A stretch of 64,000 nt of DNA from positions 21,412,534 through 21,476,533 of the forward strand of contig CM120644.1 of the NCBI GenBank assembly GCA_051362555.1, read 5' to 3'. Below the pieces are notes generated by a model, which worked only from the letters and a program-made list of their open reading frames with translations, ran no database searches and was not told where the DNA came from. The position numbers and the translations under genes were made by a program. Positions 39,050 through 52,577 of the stretch are shown piece after piece; within the stretch, counting starts at the first letter, position 1, and the number at the start of each line of letters is the position of its first letter. Source of the stretch: Lingula anatina. Taxonomy: Eukaryota; Animalia; Brachiopoda.

Positions 39050-39718
39050 GAAATAGCTGGGGAAACAAGATTTCAGTTGGTCTTACCAAAAGCTTACAGA
39101 GAGAGCTAGAGCACTGTGGGGAGTGCACAATGATGTTGGCCACCTAAGTAAGGAAAGAGGAATATTAAATTTGAGACAGACATGTTATTGGCCACATATA
39201 ACTGTTGATTTGGAGAACTGAATAAGATCAGGCAAAAGATGCCTAAAACATTAGTCACCCACAAATATGTATATTTGGTAAATATACATGTACTAAGTAA
39301 ACAACCTTTTGAAATTGTTTGCATGGATTTTCTTTCTTTGGCATTGTCTAAAGGTGGGTATTAACACATTTTAGCTATTACGGACCATTTCATAAAATAT
39401 GCAGTGGCTGTACCCACAAAATATCAAATGGCAAAGACAACAGCTGATGCATTTTTACAAAATTTTGTTTATCATTACGGATTTCCTAAATGCATCCATA
39501 GTGACCAAGGGACAAATTTTGAGTCAAAAATGATTAAAGAAATGTGTAAATTGAGTGGGATATGGAGAAGTCACGTAAAACAAGTTACCAACCAATGGGT
39601 AATTGCATTACTGAAAGAATGAATAGTACTCTTTTAGATATGTTATGGATGCTGGAACCACACCAGAAGACTGACTGAAAGCAATATGTGGTGCCACTCA
39701 TTCAACATTACAACAGTA
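39050..39718 (+). pseudogene. Ty3/Gypsy integrase relic
   Basis: VHNDVGH (HHCC zinc finger), PFEIVCMDF, AITDHFIKYAVAVPT, FVYHYGFPKCIHSDQGTNFES and GNCITERMNSTL. Stops and frameshifts are present. Confidence 0.9.
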
Positions 39719-40154
39719 CAGAGAGTCTGTTACATGAACTTGACCGTATATTTGCTACATATCAGATGTAACATATTTTTCTAGAGATTGACTTAAAGAA
39801 ATATCAGAGAGTGGTAATTTGGAACTACGTTAATTACATTTGAAAGCAATGCAGAAGGGCCACATGAGGGACAAGAGCAACCTGCGCCCATGTTTACACT
39901 CGGGGCACTTGTTAAAATTATGGACAAACTAAAGGATTTAAACAAGAACATGGATGACATACAAGAACTGATGAAGGACAAAATAGTAGAGCCCAAAGCC
40001 TCTTATCATTTAAATTCTATTCAGCTTTATTAAACACACCTTGTAGAACAATATATATTGCTTCCTTGAATCTTATTAACATTTAAAAATGGATAAAAAG
40101 CAAACAAATAAAACTAAAAATTGTTTCTTCCTTTATGTTCAAAAATAAAGATGG

Positions 40155-42330
40155 TGTGACGATGTAGTGTGTTAGTTGAATGGTTGAAAAACTTGAGTGA
40201 AAGCCTATAAATAGATCACATGAAATGGCTAGAGAAAAATGGAAAAATGTGCAGAAATGTCAAAAACAATTGTAGGATGCAAAGTTGAGAGAGAGGGTGA
40301 ATATATTTGAGGGATGAAAATCATAAAAAGGGAGAAAGTAAGAAACTTAGACCCTTATATAGAGGACCATATGATATTATCAAAGCATCCCCACCTCTCT
40401 ATACAATTAAAGACAAAAAAGGAAAAATCCAGGTGGTACATCATGACAGATTGAGAAAATTTGTTGAAAGAGAGAATGATTTTTGTTTGAATGAACCACA
40501 GTTGGTGGAACCAAGTGTAAAAAGATCAAGATTTGGTAGACAAATTAAGATGCCATCTCATTTAAGAGATTTTACCTTAGAATGATTATATTGATGTATA
40601 TTTTGTTTATTAGTTAAGGTATAGTTGTATATAAATACTTCCTTAATTTTCGGCAGTGCTGAAATAAAAGGAATTTTATTTATTTATTTGTATTTTTTTA
40701 TTTTATTTAGATCATGGATGAATCCAATATCATGCAAATATTAGAAGCAGTACTCTACGAGCCTATTAACTGGTGTACAGAATGGACTGATAATCCTTCC
40801 TCTCTATTTAATATTGCTTTACAGAGTTTGATACCAAATTCACTCTAAGAAGCGAGAACTTTAAATTACCTAGGCACTCTCTGGAAGGAGAACATTCTAA
40901 CAGAAAAAGGAATGGAGTACATGATTGACAATATTAATGATTATAGAAAAGAAATATCAAAAGAAGAAATGCTAAACATCATATCATTTCAACTGTGAAT
41001 GCATCAACAGGGTTTACTCCTAACATGATGATGTTAGGGAGAGAAGTTTTTATGCCAATGCACTTACTAACAGGTTGTGTGAATGAAAATTTGATACCAT
41101 ATGAAACTCATGAATGGTTGAAAAACTTGAGTGAAAGCCTAAATAGATCACATAAAATGGCTAGAGAAAAATTGAAATGTGTGCAGAAACGTCAAAAACA
41201 ATTGTAGGATGCAAAGTTGAGAGAGAGTGAATATACTTGTGGTCAGAAGGTATATTTGAGGGATGAAAGTCATAAAAAGGGAGAAAGTAAGAAACTTAGA
41301 CCCTTATATAGAGGACCATATGATATTATCAAAGCATCCCCACCTCTCTATACAATTAAAGATAAAAATACAAATACTTCCTTAATTTTCGGCAGTGCTG
41401 AAATAAAAGGAATTTAATTTACTTATTTGTATTTTTTATTTAGACCATGGATGAGTCAAACTATTTTAGAAAAAGAGAAAGGATATGATTGGTATACTAA
41501 GGCATGGATTGAGCTACCCGATATAGCTATTCAACATAGCTATTAAAAATTTTATACCACAAACTTTACAACAGTCAAGACTTTCAATTTATATGGGAAG
41601 CATACTTAATGAAGGACAATTATTTGATAAAGGAATAGAATGGATGAAATTTACTTTACTGCATGGATGAAAAATGGACTATATAATGATTTGACATTTC
41701 ACATTGACATTGTTCTCATTAATAATATTATCTTGAGCAACTTTGAGCTAAAATCACTTTGTGTACTTTAAAGTTGATTTAAAGTGATAATGGATTTTAA
41801 AAAGTTTGCTTTGCATTCCTAAGGATGGACATTTATTTATGAGAGACGTCCGACTTGATTGACTTTGCTTAGCAGTTAAAGTTAAATGTTGACTCTTGGT
41901 ATAACAAGAATGAACTTATTTGCTTTACTTGCTTATTTTAAATGTAAAGGATGATTTTAGTTGCTGAATTATAATAATTGTCAGTTTAACAATTTAAAGT
42001 AATGGTTCATCAAAAGGGGTGAGAGTGTGACGATGTAGTGCGTTAGTTGAGATTGTTTTATATTGCTACCAGTAGATGTCTCTTTAAGTAAAGTGTTGTC
42101 CGGTGTGCAAGTTTGAATCTCTCCTGTGATTGATAACTTAAAGGTTAAACTGTTCACTGTATAATTGGTTCTGATTGGTAAACGTGTATTATCTGAACTT
42201 GTATATAAGGTGTGACTTAAAATAAATCGGCCTCTTTGCGGTCTCTTGGCTCTTGTAGCTCTCTCTTGTGGTCTTTGCTCTTTGGGCTCTTTTTGGCTCG
42301 TAGACCTCTATTACAGTGATTGCAGGTTCT
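40155..42330 (+). mobile_element. Deleted and rearranged Gypsy LTR retrotransposon (LTR stub, duplicated integrase C-terminus, accessory ORFs, PPT, 3' LTR)
   Basis: TGTGACGATGTAGTGYGTTAGTTGA occurs at 40155 and 42026. PPT AAAAGGGGTGAGAG at 42012-42025. The GPY/F module KLRPLYRGPYDII is present twice. The LTR has ATTGG boxes and TATATAAG (~42202). The right end is not defined. Confidence 0.8.
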
Positions 42331-42714
42331 GTTATTTACTCTAGGACACCAGTAAGTACATTGTTATTTGTACCTTCATATGGCACTCGGCTGCGAAGGC
42401 GTAACAATTGACAGTCTTGAATATAAGACCTGCCCCTCCAGCAATCCACCTGAACGTTATGATATATTTGTACGTTTTTAATCCAGTATGATTAGATTTT
42501 TTTGAAAATGTGAGAAGCTTTACGAGACTTTGAACCCATTTGTTAACTAAAAATATCAATAAAAGTGCATTCACAATCATTTAGAGCAGGGCAAAGGCAG
42601 CAACTTCGACGCTATTGCATACCTGTCAGACGGAAGATCATTGCATCATTAAATTATTGTGTATCGCTACATAAACATCAAATACCATTGTATAACCATA
42701 GAAATGCATTGTTA

Positions 42715-43100
42715 CAGGTGTTTTGTGCCTGGTGTTCAAGCCATGGTCAAAGGTTCAAGAAAGGCACTGATATCTGGACCAAAGTCCGGTGCCAGACGTA
42801 TAGAGAAGACACTATTAAGAGGCATGAACAGTCCATCATGCATCAGGTGTCTCACAGTTATATACAGACAATCACAGGTGGATACAGACAATCACAGGTG
42901 GGAAACGAAGGCTTTCATTGGTGCACTGAAGTGCATGTGCTTTCTCATGAAGAAAGAAATCCCACACACTAGAAATTTTAAAGACCTCCTGGAGTTGTGC
43001 AAATTCATGGTTTGTCAGTACTTGCAAAAACTCTCAGAGTGTGCAGAAAAGTGCAATTACACCAGTGAAAGGACTATGCAGGAGATGGTGCTATATTGTG
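42715..43100 (+). pseudogene. hAT (ZNF862-like) transposase N-terminal relic
   Basis: VFCAWC...W....C...REDTIKRHEQSIMH (TTF-type zinc finger) and FLMKKEIPHTRNFKDLLEL...NYTSERTMQEMV. Confidence 0.75.
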
Positions 43101-43796
43101 GTCAGTTTTGTAAAAAGCTTTAAGTTTTGTTTTTTTAACTCGGTATAACAAATAAGTAAATGTAAATGTAACAGAAAAAGTAAAAAGTTTAAAAAGGCTT
43201 TTGCATAGAAAGAGTTATCGCAGAAAGGACTATCAAGTAAAATCTAAAAATCTGAAAAAAGAATTTTGTAGAAAGAAAACAATTTATTTACATCTGAAAG
43301 GGACACTTCTCACTTAACAATGAAATATATCACCTTATAATCGATTACATATTATGGAAACTAGAACAAAATATTCATTTGATCATGTTTATTTCTTCTT
43401 TGATGATGCCCTCGGTAGAATTGTAAATAAAGTTTTCCTGATAAATTTTCCTTCATTTATATATATGAAAGGAAAACATGAAGAAAGAAAAAACATTGTT
43501 AAGTATTGTAAGTCTTATATGTAAATACTGATAGGACAAACTGCATCATAGCACTTGCTCTGAAATAACTGAAACCAATGAATTAACTCGTTTTAAAACA
43601 TCAAACATTAAATCCCATCTACATTGGCACTTATGGCATGTACAGAGACAGTGATCACAAAAAATATACCTATGTGCCTAATCATTACTTGATTTTTTGC
43701 ACTTTCATCTTTATACTATGTTTTTTAATCATAATGAATTGACCATTTTTATAATAATCTAAAGATGTGCATCTAATTTTTTTTTAAAGAAACAAA

Positions 43797-44170
43797 TTGC
43801 AGGGGGTGGACAGCCTGGTGAGGAGACAGAGTGTGGACAGCCTGGTGAGGAGACAGAGGGTGGACAGCCTGGTGAGGAGACAGAGGGTGGACAGCCTGGT
43901 GAGGAGACAGAGGGTGGACAGCAAGATGAAGAAACAGGGGGTGGAGAGCCTGGTGAGGAGACAGAGACAGAGGGTGGACAGCCTAGTGAGGAGACAGAGA
44001 CAGGGTGGACAGCCTGGTGAGGAGACAGAGGGTGGACAGCAAGATGAAGAAACAGAGGGTGGACAGCCTAGTGAGGAGACAGAGACAGGGTGGACAGCCT
44101 GGTGAGGAGACAGAGGGTGGACAGCAAGATGAAGAAACAGAGGGTGGACAGCCCGGTGAGGAGACAGAGA
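43797..44170. repeat. 21/27-bp minisatellite GAGGGTGGACAGCCTGGTGAGGAGACA(GAGACA)
   Basis: Directly visible tandem array. An expanded paralog lies at 55140-55950. Confidence 0.95.
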
Positions 44171-44259
44171 ATGGGATATTCCTCACACCTATGCAGCAGA
44201 AAACCAGATTTGGCACCATATACAGATTCACAAGAAGGACAGTTCCAGTAGAAATGTGA

Positions 44260-44500
44260 ATTCATGGAGGATCTGAAAGCATGAAACAGAGTTTTTCCAA
44301 GTCTGGCAAACAAACGATGCTGCTGATCCCTCAGACATAGGAGAGGATTGAAATAACAGTCAAGTCTTTTACTGAATTGGAAAATCCTGTCATTTTTTCC
44401 AGAGTAAAGGCCGGGCCGAGTTGGTTTTGTCCTCTCAGACCAATATAATCAAGATCCATTAGAAAAATACTTCTCAATGCAAAGAAAATGCAGTTGGTGC
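44260..44500 (+). pseudogene. P-element/THAP9-like transposase C-terminal relic (copy A, truncated)
   Basis: MLLIPQT.ERIEITVKSFTEL...NQDPLEKYFSMQR. Confidence 0.75.
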
Positions 44501-44778
44501 ACCAAAGAAATCTAAACGTTTTGGACATTTTTGACGTTTCCTATCCAGACTGGCATCTTGTTTCAGGAGGCAGAGTTAAGAAGAGATATTCTTCATTCAA
44601 GCCTCTTTATGTTTTTGTCTTTGTTAATAAGAATAATGACATTGGTTTAATTTGTGAGTGTTGTGGCTTTCATATGGTGAGAGGGTTGTAAATAAAAATA
44701 ATGACATTGATATAATTTGTGAGTGTTGTTGCTTTCATATGGTGAGAGGGGTCCACACTCCCGCTCATTGCCAGTTCT

Positions 44779-45695
44779 AACAAGGCAGCAAAGCTGTCAA
44801 ATGTACAGACAAAAAGCAGACAATAACAATGCACAAAACAGGCTACTGTCAATTCTGTTGCAAAAGTACATTATGTGTAACTGCAAATTCAACATCGAAT
44901 TTTAATTATGCTCAACAGGTAATACTAATGTAAGTGAAATGTGTAACAAGCATAAGGCTTCAGGCCCATGGGAGTTTAAGTTCACACTTTGAAAATGCCA
45001 GAATAAGAAATATGAAAATTTCACATAAAACTGCTTAAATTCAATAATAAATGATAACCCATTTGAGCTGGCTTACTTATTTGAACTGCATGCCAATCCT
45101 ACAAATCATACTTGTAAGTGGAAAATAATAATAAGTAACACAGTTTTCTTTTCATCATGTTTGTAGTAGCAGTGCAAAAAGATTTTTGTCAATTTTGATG
45201 TAACATTACATAATAAATTACAGAATAATTATCACCAATTTTGATTATTGACTATAAATAGCATGGACATGTAGAAAATTTGATTACCATTTGGCTTCAT
45301 GTCCATGGGAGCTTAGAGTCCCACAATGAACATGCCAACATGATAAAAATGAATATTTCACTAAAATGTATAACTTCCAGAAAAAGAAGCCAATTAGACT
45401 GCTTTTCCAACTCAGGCTGCATTTTAGTCCTTTGTTTTGTTTTTGAAAGTTTGACAATCATAAGTAACATGGTTTTCCCATAATGGTCATCATGGCAGCA
45501 GCACCCAAAATTGTGTTTTCTTCTATTTTAATGCAATATTACATAATGCTTAACAGCATAATGACCATCAGTTTTTAATAATAAAAGATCCGTATCATGG
45601 ATTTTCAGAAAATGTGATTAGCATGGGTCTTCAAGCTCGTGGAGGTTCTTCAGTCACACCTTGAAAATGCCAATATGTGAAAAATTAAATTTTCA

Positions 45696-45739
<44 letters not shown>

Positions 45740-46991
45740 AAACTGCCAAAAAAATTTACCAAATAGACTGCATTGCCCACTGAAGCTTTATTTAAGTCCC
45801 ATGTTTCTTCCTGTAAGTTTGAGAACAGTAAGTGACATGGTTTTCCTTAAATGGCCATCATGGGAGCAGTGTCCAAAATAGGGGTTTCTTCAAATTTTGA
45901 TGCAATATTACATAATGTTTAACAGGATAATTACCATCAATTTTTAATAATAAAATATTAGTATCATGGATATTCAGAAAATGTTCTTAGCAAAGGTCTT
46001 CAGGCCCAAGGAACTTCAAAGTCACACCCTGAAAATGCCAAAATGTAGACAAGACAGCACTGTCCTGAAATGTGTTTTTTTCCATTTTTAACAATTTTTT
46101 AACATATAACAAAATTAACAATTTACTGCCATTTATATATGATCAACTAAGAAAATAGATGAGATGGGAAAAATATCAATAGAACAGTGTTTAATGTCCA
46201 ATTTCCTCCATTCTGAGTTTCTGAACATATTGAATGAATGAATCTGACAAAATGCAATGATATGAGTTTATTTCCATTTTTGAAACTCTATTATACAATA
46301 CATGATAACAAGTTTACCATCATTTTTATATAATCAACTAACAATGTTGTAAAGATGCAGGAAATGTCAAACAAACACTTTTATGAATCTTATTAGTTAA
46401 TAATGAGACTGTTAACATGCCTAAGAATTGAATCTGAGGAAATGTGAAAAAACAGCATAACTTATAAAATAATGGCCTGATTATGCTGATTTTCGAACTT
46501 GACCTGTGTTTTAGTAAAATGAATTACTCCTGTGAGTTTCATGACAACAGGTCTATCGGTTTTCTTTGAAATGTGTTAATAGTGTTGCACATATGCTGAA
46601 AAGTGAAAAAAACAGCATAACTACTAAAATAGTGGCCCGATCATGCCAATTTTCGAACTTGATCTGCGTTTTAGTAAGATTGATTACTCCTGTGAGTTTC
46701 ATGACAACAGGCCTATCGGTTTTCCTTGAAATGTGTTAACAGTATTGCATATATGCTAAAAAGTGAAAAAACAGCATAAATTCTACAACAATGGCCCGAT
46801 CATGCCGATTTTCGAACTTGACCTGCGTTTTATGAATATTAGTCAGCTCTGTAAATATATAGCCAAAAAGTAAAACTGCCCTCCACTTATCGTGTTAACG
46901 CTGAAAGTGCACGGCGACGGCGACATGATCGGCGAGGACAGACGCAGGTGATGGCAATATGTACAGACACATCTGTGTCTGTACATAAAAA
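44779..46991. mobile_element. Non-autonomous Helentron-like element, full length
   Basis: Same termini as 19607-24831 (AACAAGGCAGCAAAGCTG ... ATGTACAGACACATCTGTGTCTGTACATAAAAA). It is absent from the paralogous site at ~57385, and no TSD is seen. Confidence 0.85.
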
Positions 46992-47078
46992 TATAAATAA
47001 TTCCATCGCTGCAAATCAATTTCAAATTTTCAAAAAGTAGCAGTAACAGTTGTATATGTACTAATTTGTTGAAGTCCA

Positions 47079-47598
47079 TTGCATATTCACAGAAACCTTC
47101 CAGTCAACACTACAGTTCAACATTACATCAAAACAAACAGCACTGGAAATTGGGGACAGTTATCCAGTCAAAAGGCAACCAAGATGGTAGCTCTGGTGCT
47201 TTCTGATTTGGACTGGATCAACAATTACGGTGGAATTTTTGGTGTCTCCAACAATTACTTTCTTGGTAATACTTGCCAGTGGATGTAATGTGAAACATCA
47301 TGGAGGACACTTTGGGGAAGCTATTATGAAGAAGAGGTGGATGTTCCCATTGTAGCTTTTGATGCCACTTTTATGAAATTGTTCAACAGAGATAGTAATT
47401 AACAACCTAAGACATTTGTTCAGTTACAGAAAGATTTCTGGCAAGAGGTAAAATCTCTCTCTAAGGCCACCATGATAAAGGACTTCAAGGAGCAGATGGA
47501 ACCAGATGAGTACATTGTGATGAAAAGTGGGAAGTTTACTGTTGCACTATGTGAAGGTATAAAGTTTCCAAAGACTTTTTTGGGGTGTGAGACATAGA
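47079..47598 (+). pseudogene. Unidentified ~170-codon ORF relic (copy A)
   Basis: A single frame with two premature stops. The paralog at 57518-58040 has sense codons at those positions. Confidence 0.55.
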
Positions 47599-47864
47599 CA
47601 GAAAAGGCCACAACAGACTATACATTTACCTTATTTGATATTTGACATTTACAACTATTTGTATTTTGGTCCCATGCTATGTGGTAACTACGATAATATT
47701 TATGATAAATTGATTCTAACAAAGGGACAGCAGATTTATTTCATAAATCAATAATATTTTGTCAAGGCAAAAATAGATGCCATTTCTAATTGGTGATACT
47801 TAATATAAAATGACCATTTCTTATTTAGACCCCTGTTTTCTGGGTAATTCAGAGCCAGACTGAA

Positions 47865-48070
47865 TTTTTTGAGGGGATATCAGATTTAAGCAAGACAACA
47901 ACTCATAACATACCAGCAGATTGGCAAAGCAATTCAATTTGAAGACAATAATATCAACTGGTTTAAAAAGCCACCAGAGAGAAGAGACCTTGATCAAATG
48001 GACAATTTATGGGCTGAGCTCAAGCACCACCTCAAAAAAATTGAAGCAGAGGACAAAAGATGAACTATTA
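47865..48070 (+). pseudogene. Degenerate Tc1-like DDE_3 fragment (paralog ~58270-58460)
   Basis: FKQDNNS.HTSRLAK...INWFKKPPE.RDLDQMDNLWAELKHHL. Confidence 0.65.
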
Positions 48071-48729
48071 AAAGACTACTAAAAGTCAACCTTCCAAAAA
48101 GAGTAAACTGGTGCTGAGAGGCACTGGCAGTTGAAGACAAATTTTAGGACATTGTGTTTTCTGGTAAGCAACAATCCACAGATCTGCATTCAAAATCCAA
48201 CATGTATTGTTGTTTAAGTGCCATTACCAGGTATTCCGCTCACTTTGTAAATCCATATACATATGGGAAAAGGTATACAAACATTTACAATATTTTCTTC
48301 TATAATTTGCTTTTTGAGTTTCACATTGTGTTTTTTTTCTTAATCTTATTTGCTCATTCAATTCAGATGAGTGCACCTTGGAAATGGACTCAAATGGTAT
48401 CAAATGGTATAATTCCGGAAAGTGATAAGAGATGATATTGGAAACAACATTAGCCCGCCCCACCCACAAACCTAAGGACCCATGTATGGGCAGGTGAGAC
48501 GCTACAACTAGTGGATATTGACATGAAAAATGTATTTACTTTACTTGTAGAAATTTGATGAATTAATTAAAATTTAACATGTGTACATAAACAGCCCAGG
48601 AATGAAATCTAATCGGCCAGGACTGTGAGAACTAGGCCACTGTTGAACCGGTAATTAAGTAATTTACTTGACCATACATGTTTAGCTTTGTGTCACGCAT
48701 CTTTCAATCTTGCCTTTGTGAATCTAGGA

Positions 48730-49045
48730 ATTTTGAAAGACTTCCTCCTGCCATTTCTCAGTGAAACTCTTGCTGAAGGCCACCATTTTTTCCAAGACAA
48801 TGCCCCTACCCACACAAGCCGCTTGACCAAAGAATTTCTGCAAGAAAATGGCGTTAAGTGGACGAAGACATCCCTGAAAGCCCTGACCTTAACCCCATTG
48901 AACTGCTCTGGGCTGAGATGAAACACCACTTGAGAAAACACACCAAACCCAAAAGAAAGGATGAGTTGGTTGCAGGCCTAAGAGACTTTTGGAGAACTGT
49001 GGACAGTGAAAAATGTAAGAAATACATCGGCCACCTGAGAAAAGT
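48730..49045 (+). pseudogene. Tc1-like DDE_3 transposase C-terminal relic (copy A)
   Basis: FFQDNAPTHTS...FLQENGVKW / PESPDLNPIELLWAEMKHHLRK...KCKKYIGHLRKV, with one frameshift. Confidence 0.9.
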
Positions 49046-49106
49046 ACACTTCCTGCCACCTTCTCTGCCCCCTGCTATATATAGTAACATATCCAACTAT
49101 TAATTG

Positions 49107-49934
49107 TGTAGTGGCTAGAATTCTATATCCCGTGTTTAAGGGAAAGTATACTTATATAATTACCATGTAGTCTCACATACTGCATTCGGTGCAATTGCTA
49201 TGTATTTGGTTGAGAAAATGATCTTTAGAAGAAAGAGATTGGTAAGTTGGGAGAGGTGCACACGTTCAGATTCACGGAGGACACAACGCTCGCACGTATG
49301 AAGAGAAAGTAGGAAAAAAGACAAATAAGTACAGTATGTATTTCCCGGTCCTTTCTTAAAACTCATTTTATATATGTTGCTTGGTTACTAGACCTATTTT
49401 ATAGCTCATTACGTAATTAGCATATAAATTTGCAAGTTATGTAAAGGCATTTTAAGAACACGTGTTATAATGCATGAATGTATTAGGCGTGGTTAACAAA
49501 CAAACTTTGTCAGGCCTGTTAGTTTACGTTTATTTTCTTTCCTTAGATATTGAGTATGTTTATCTCAGCTAGCTACATAATTTCATGAAGTTGTTTTATA
49601 TTTATTACAGTGTCAGCAGACAAAGGTTATACGGTATTTTGTCATGTTTCACAAGTCGAGGCTAGACAAGTCTAGTGAGTAGCTAGTTTATGTATGTTAT
49701 CATTTAATTTTGGAATTAATTTGTTTCTTCTTAACTTTGTAATGCACTTATAAAAGAAATTGATTTAATAACAGTGACATTCAGTCATTATATAAGTAAG
49801 TCATATTGAAAAGGATCATGAAGTATAGATGTTAAGTATCTTTATTTATTATTATTTCAGAACGTATCTTATTGTAGTGGATCAATAAAGGCTCAAACAG
49901 GCAACCTGCGTTTGTAAAGATATTGGACGCTACA
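49107..49934 (+). mobile_element. Solo LTR (828 bp, BEL/Pao- or Gypsy-like)
   Basis: TGTAG...CTACA termini, a 5-bp TSD AATTG (49102-49106 and 49935-49939) and AATAAA at ~49884. The paralog shows an empty site with a single AATTG at ~61518. Confidence 0.9.
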
Positions 49935-50239
49935 AATTGATTTTCAGAAACCTAGCAGTTTGGATCCTACCAGTTCAGATGTCAGAGCTCAGGTTGTGAA
50001 AAGTTCAAGTTCAGCTGTTCTTGGTAAAATTTCAACTGTTTCTGGTAAAATTTTAACTAGCAGTTTTTGGCTGACATAAAATGATCTCAAGCACTGAAGG
50101 TTCAAAAGTTGGAGATGAGAAAAAGGAAGAGAGTGTGAATTGGGAAGAAAAGTATAGAAAGTTGATGGAGTGAGTGAAGGTACAAAATGAAAGTATATCA
50201 AATCTTCGAGATGAAGTTAAAAGATGCATGGGTATTATT

Positions 50240-50740
50240 ACACAGATGATTAGATATAATGTAGAAGGGAATGTAAGATATTGGGATAGAGATTTACCTC
50301 AATTAGTTATGGCATTACATTCAACTGTGAATGCATCAACAGGGTTTACTACTAACATGATGATGTTAGGGAGAGAAGTTTTTATGCCATTGTATTTACT
50401 AACAGGTTGTGTGAATGAAAATTTGATACCATATGAGACTCATGAATGGTTGAAAAACTTGACTGAAAGCCTAAATAGATCACATGAAATGGCTAGAGAA
50501 AAATTGAAGTGTGTGCAGAAATGTCAAAAACAATTGTACGATGCAAAGTTGAGAGAGAGTGAATATACTTGTGGTCACAGAAGGTATATTTGAGGGATGA
50601 AAGTCATAAAAAGGGAGAAAGTAAGAAACTTAGACCCTTATATAGAGGACCATATGATATTATCAAAGCATCCCCACCTCTCTATACAATTAAAGAAAAA
50701 AAAAATCCAGGTGGTACATCATGACAGATTGAGAAAATGA
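50240..50740 (+). pseudogene. Gypsy integrase C-terminal relic (third copy)
   Basis: WDRDLPQLVMALHSTVNASTGFT.NMMMLGREV...KLRPLYRGPY, near-identical to 40988-41370. Confidence 0.85.
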
Positions 50741-52338
50741 GATTGTTGAAAAGTGGTCCAAATTAGTTTGGGCTTGCATAGTAAGAGTTATTAAACAGGA
50801 TTCATATGTGTTTGAGTTTTTTATTATTTGGCTAAAGAATTCAAGCCTAATATGTTTATATATAAAGTATATGAATGGAATGATAAATTGTGATTTTTTA
50901 GCAGTTTAAGGAGTGGTGAAGAAGAGTAAGGGGTTAATTTTTTTGCAATTAGGAGATTTATGTAGGAGATGGATTGGTTTAGAATAAGTACTTTAGGGTC
51001 GTGGTAGGTTTTATTAGTTTGATTGATGAGTGCAATAAGAGTGCTCAGTCTGTATATGGAAAATAAATTGTGAATAAATTGAAAGAAATTGATGGCTAAT
51101 TAAAGTTGAGTCTTATAGTTTTATGATTCATTTTTTTTAAATTTGAAATATATTAAATTAAAGTTAAAATGACCATGTTAAATTTTTATGAAAATATGTG
51201 TTTTAGGGGGGGTTTGTCAGTAGAATGTTGAATATTAATAGTAATAGTAAGGTGTCAACTCTGAAAAGGGTACTAAACCTGCTGATTCATTTATTTTAAA
51301 ATATTTATCTCAGATATGGAAAGAGGAGAGACTATCAGAATGTGCTGGAGAAGTTACGATAAGAAATTTAGAAATAATGGAAAGTAATCTTTCTAGAAAA
51401 CAATGTGTAGATTTGTTATTTTTTATGAAAAAAAATATTGTTTAGATTATCTTGGGATGTTAGAGGAAAGTAAGGTTGACATAAATATAATAAAAGAAAG
51501 TGTGAAGTTCACGATTGAAGAAAAAATATGCTGTTATCGCACAGAAGAAATACCTGTGTGGCAGTATTTTTTTGATATTTGGGGATGTGACGCTTTTTAT
51601 TCAAAATCAAGAGAAATGTTGATTGAAAACTTAGAGAAAATAGAAAACAATGTCTAAATTTACTTTATTTTATGAGAAACAAGTACTATATACAGTGATT
51701 TTTTTTTATCACGAAGTTTTTTCTTAAATTGTTTATGTAAATTTCTTGTATTATTTAGGGAAGAGGGGTAGTATTGAGTTATGGCATAGCTTTTTAATGG
51801 TAATTTTTTTTTGTTAAATGTTCATTTTAGTTGGAAGGGTAGGAGTTGTATTAGTTCATATGATAGTTTTTGTGAGTTAAGTCTCTTCATAAAATGTGTG
51901 GAGGTTAAAACCCATCATTTGAGGTGGAGGAGACAAAGGAGAGGAGGCTATATTTGAAAGGTGAGTTCATATATATTTTGAGTTTTCAGAGTGAAGGGAA
52001 ATAAGAGCATTGAGTGAAATGGTTTGTATTAATTTTGGCTGTAAAAAAAATTTAATATAAATAGTAATGAAGATTTATATGATAGTTTAATTTTATGAAG
52101 GTACTGTTTTTTTTTAATTTTTTTTTTTTTTTTTGATGTTTTTATGTCATTCAATCAATGATGTAACAATCTGTAATAAAAGTTAATGATAAGTAATTGG
52201 AAAATTGTCTGATGTTTGGGGTTTATAGAGGTTCATTAAATGTATATTTTAAATGATTTATGTATGGACAGAAGTGGGAGGAATGTATTGTAAAAGAAAT
52301 TAATGGGCATGTTTGGCAATGCTAGAATATTCTTTTTA

Positions 52339-52577
52339 TTACTTTTGTCAGGGAGGTTATTTTTATACACATTTTTTTGTTTTTCTCTGTTATGAAGATA
52401 AATAGAAAAAATTGTGGATCGTTTTTGATAAAATTTTCTGAAACTGTAAGAAGTGGGCTAAGGAAAAGAGGATTAGTTTTTGGTGGTGATCTGGATCAAT
52501 AATCAATCAGTTATTATTAATAATAAAAATTTGTTGTCTTGGCTGAGGTCTGCGCTCTCAGAGTGCTTTTGTAGTCT
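52339..52577 (+). mobile_element. Short Helentron/HINE-like copy, C-depleted
   Basis: Both ends are present and homologous to 18851-19020 and to the revcomp of 18412-18460. Confidence 0.7.

Larger units (their letters stand above)
43787..50030 (+). repeat. Segmental duplication copy A (paralog of 55128-61605)
   Basis: Collinear matches: 43787-44500 with 55128-56272, 44502-44778 with 57038-57384, 47000-49068 with 57400-59459, and 49082-49106 plus 49940-50023 with 61498-61605. Confidence 0.9.
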
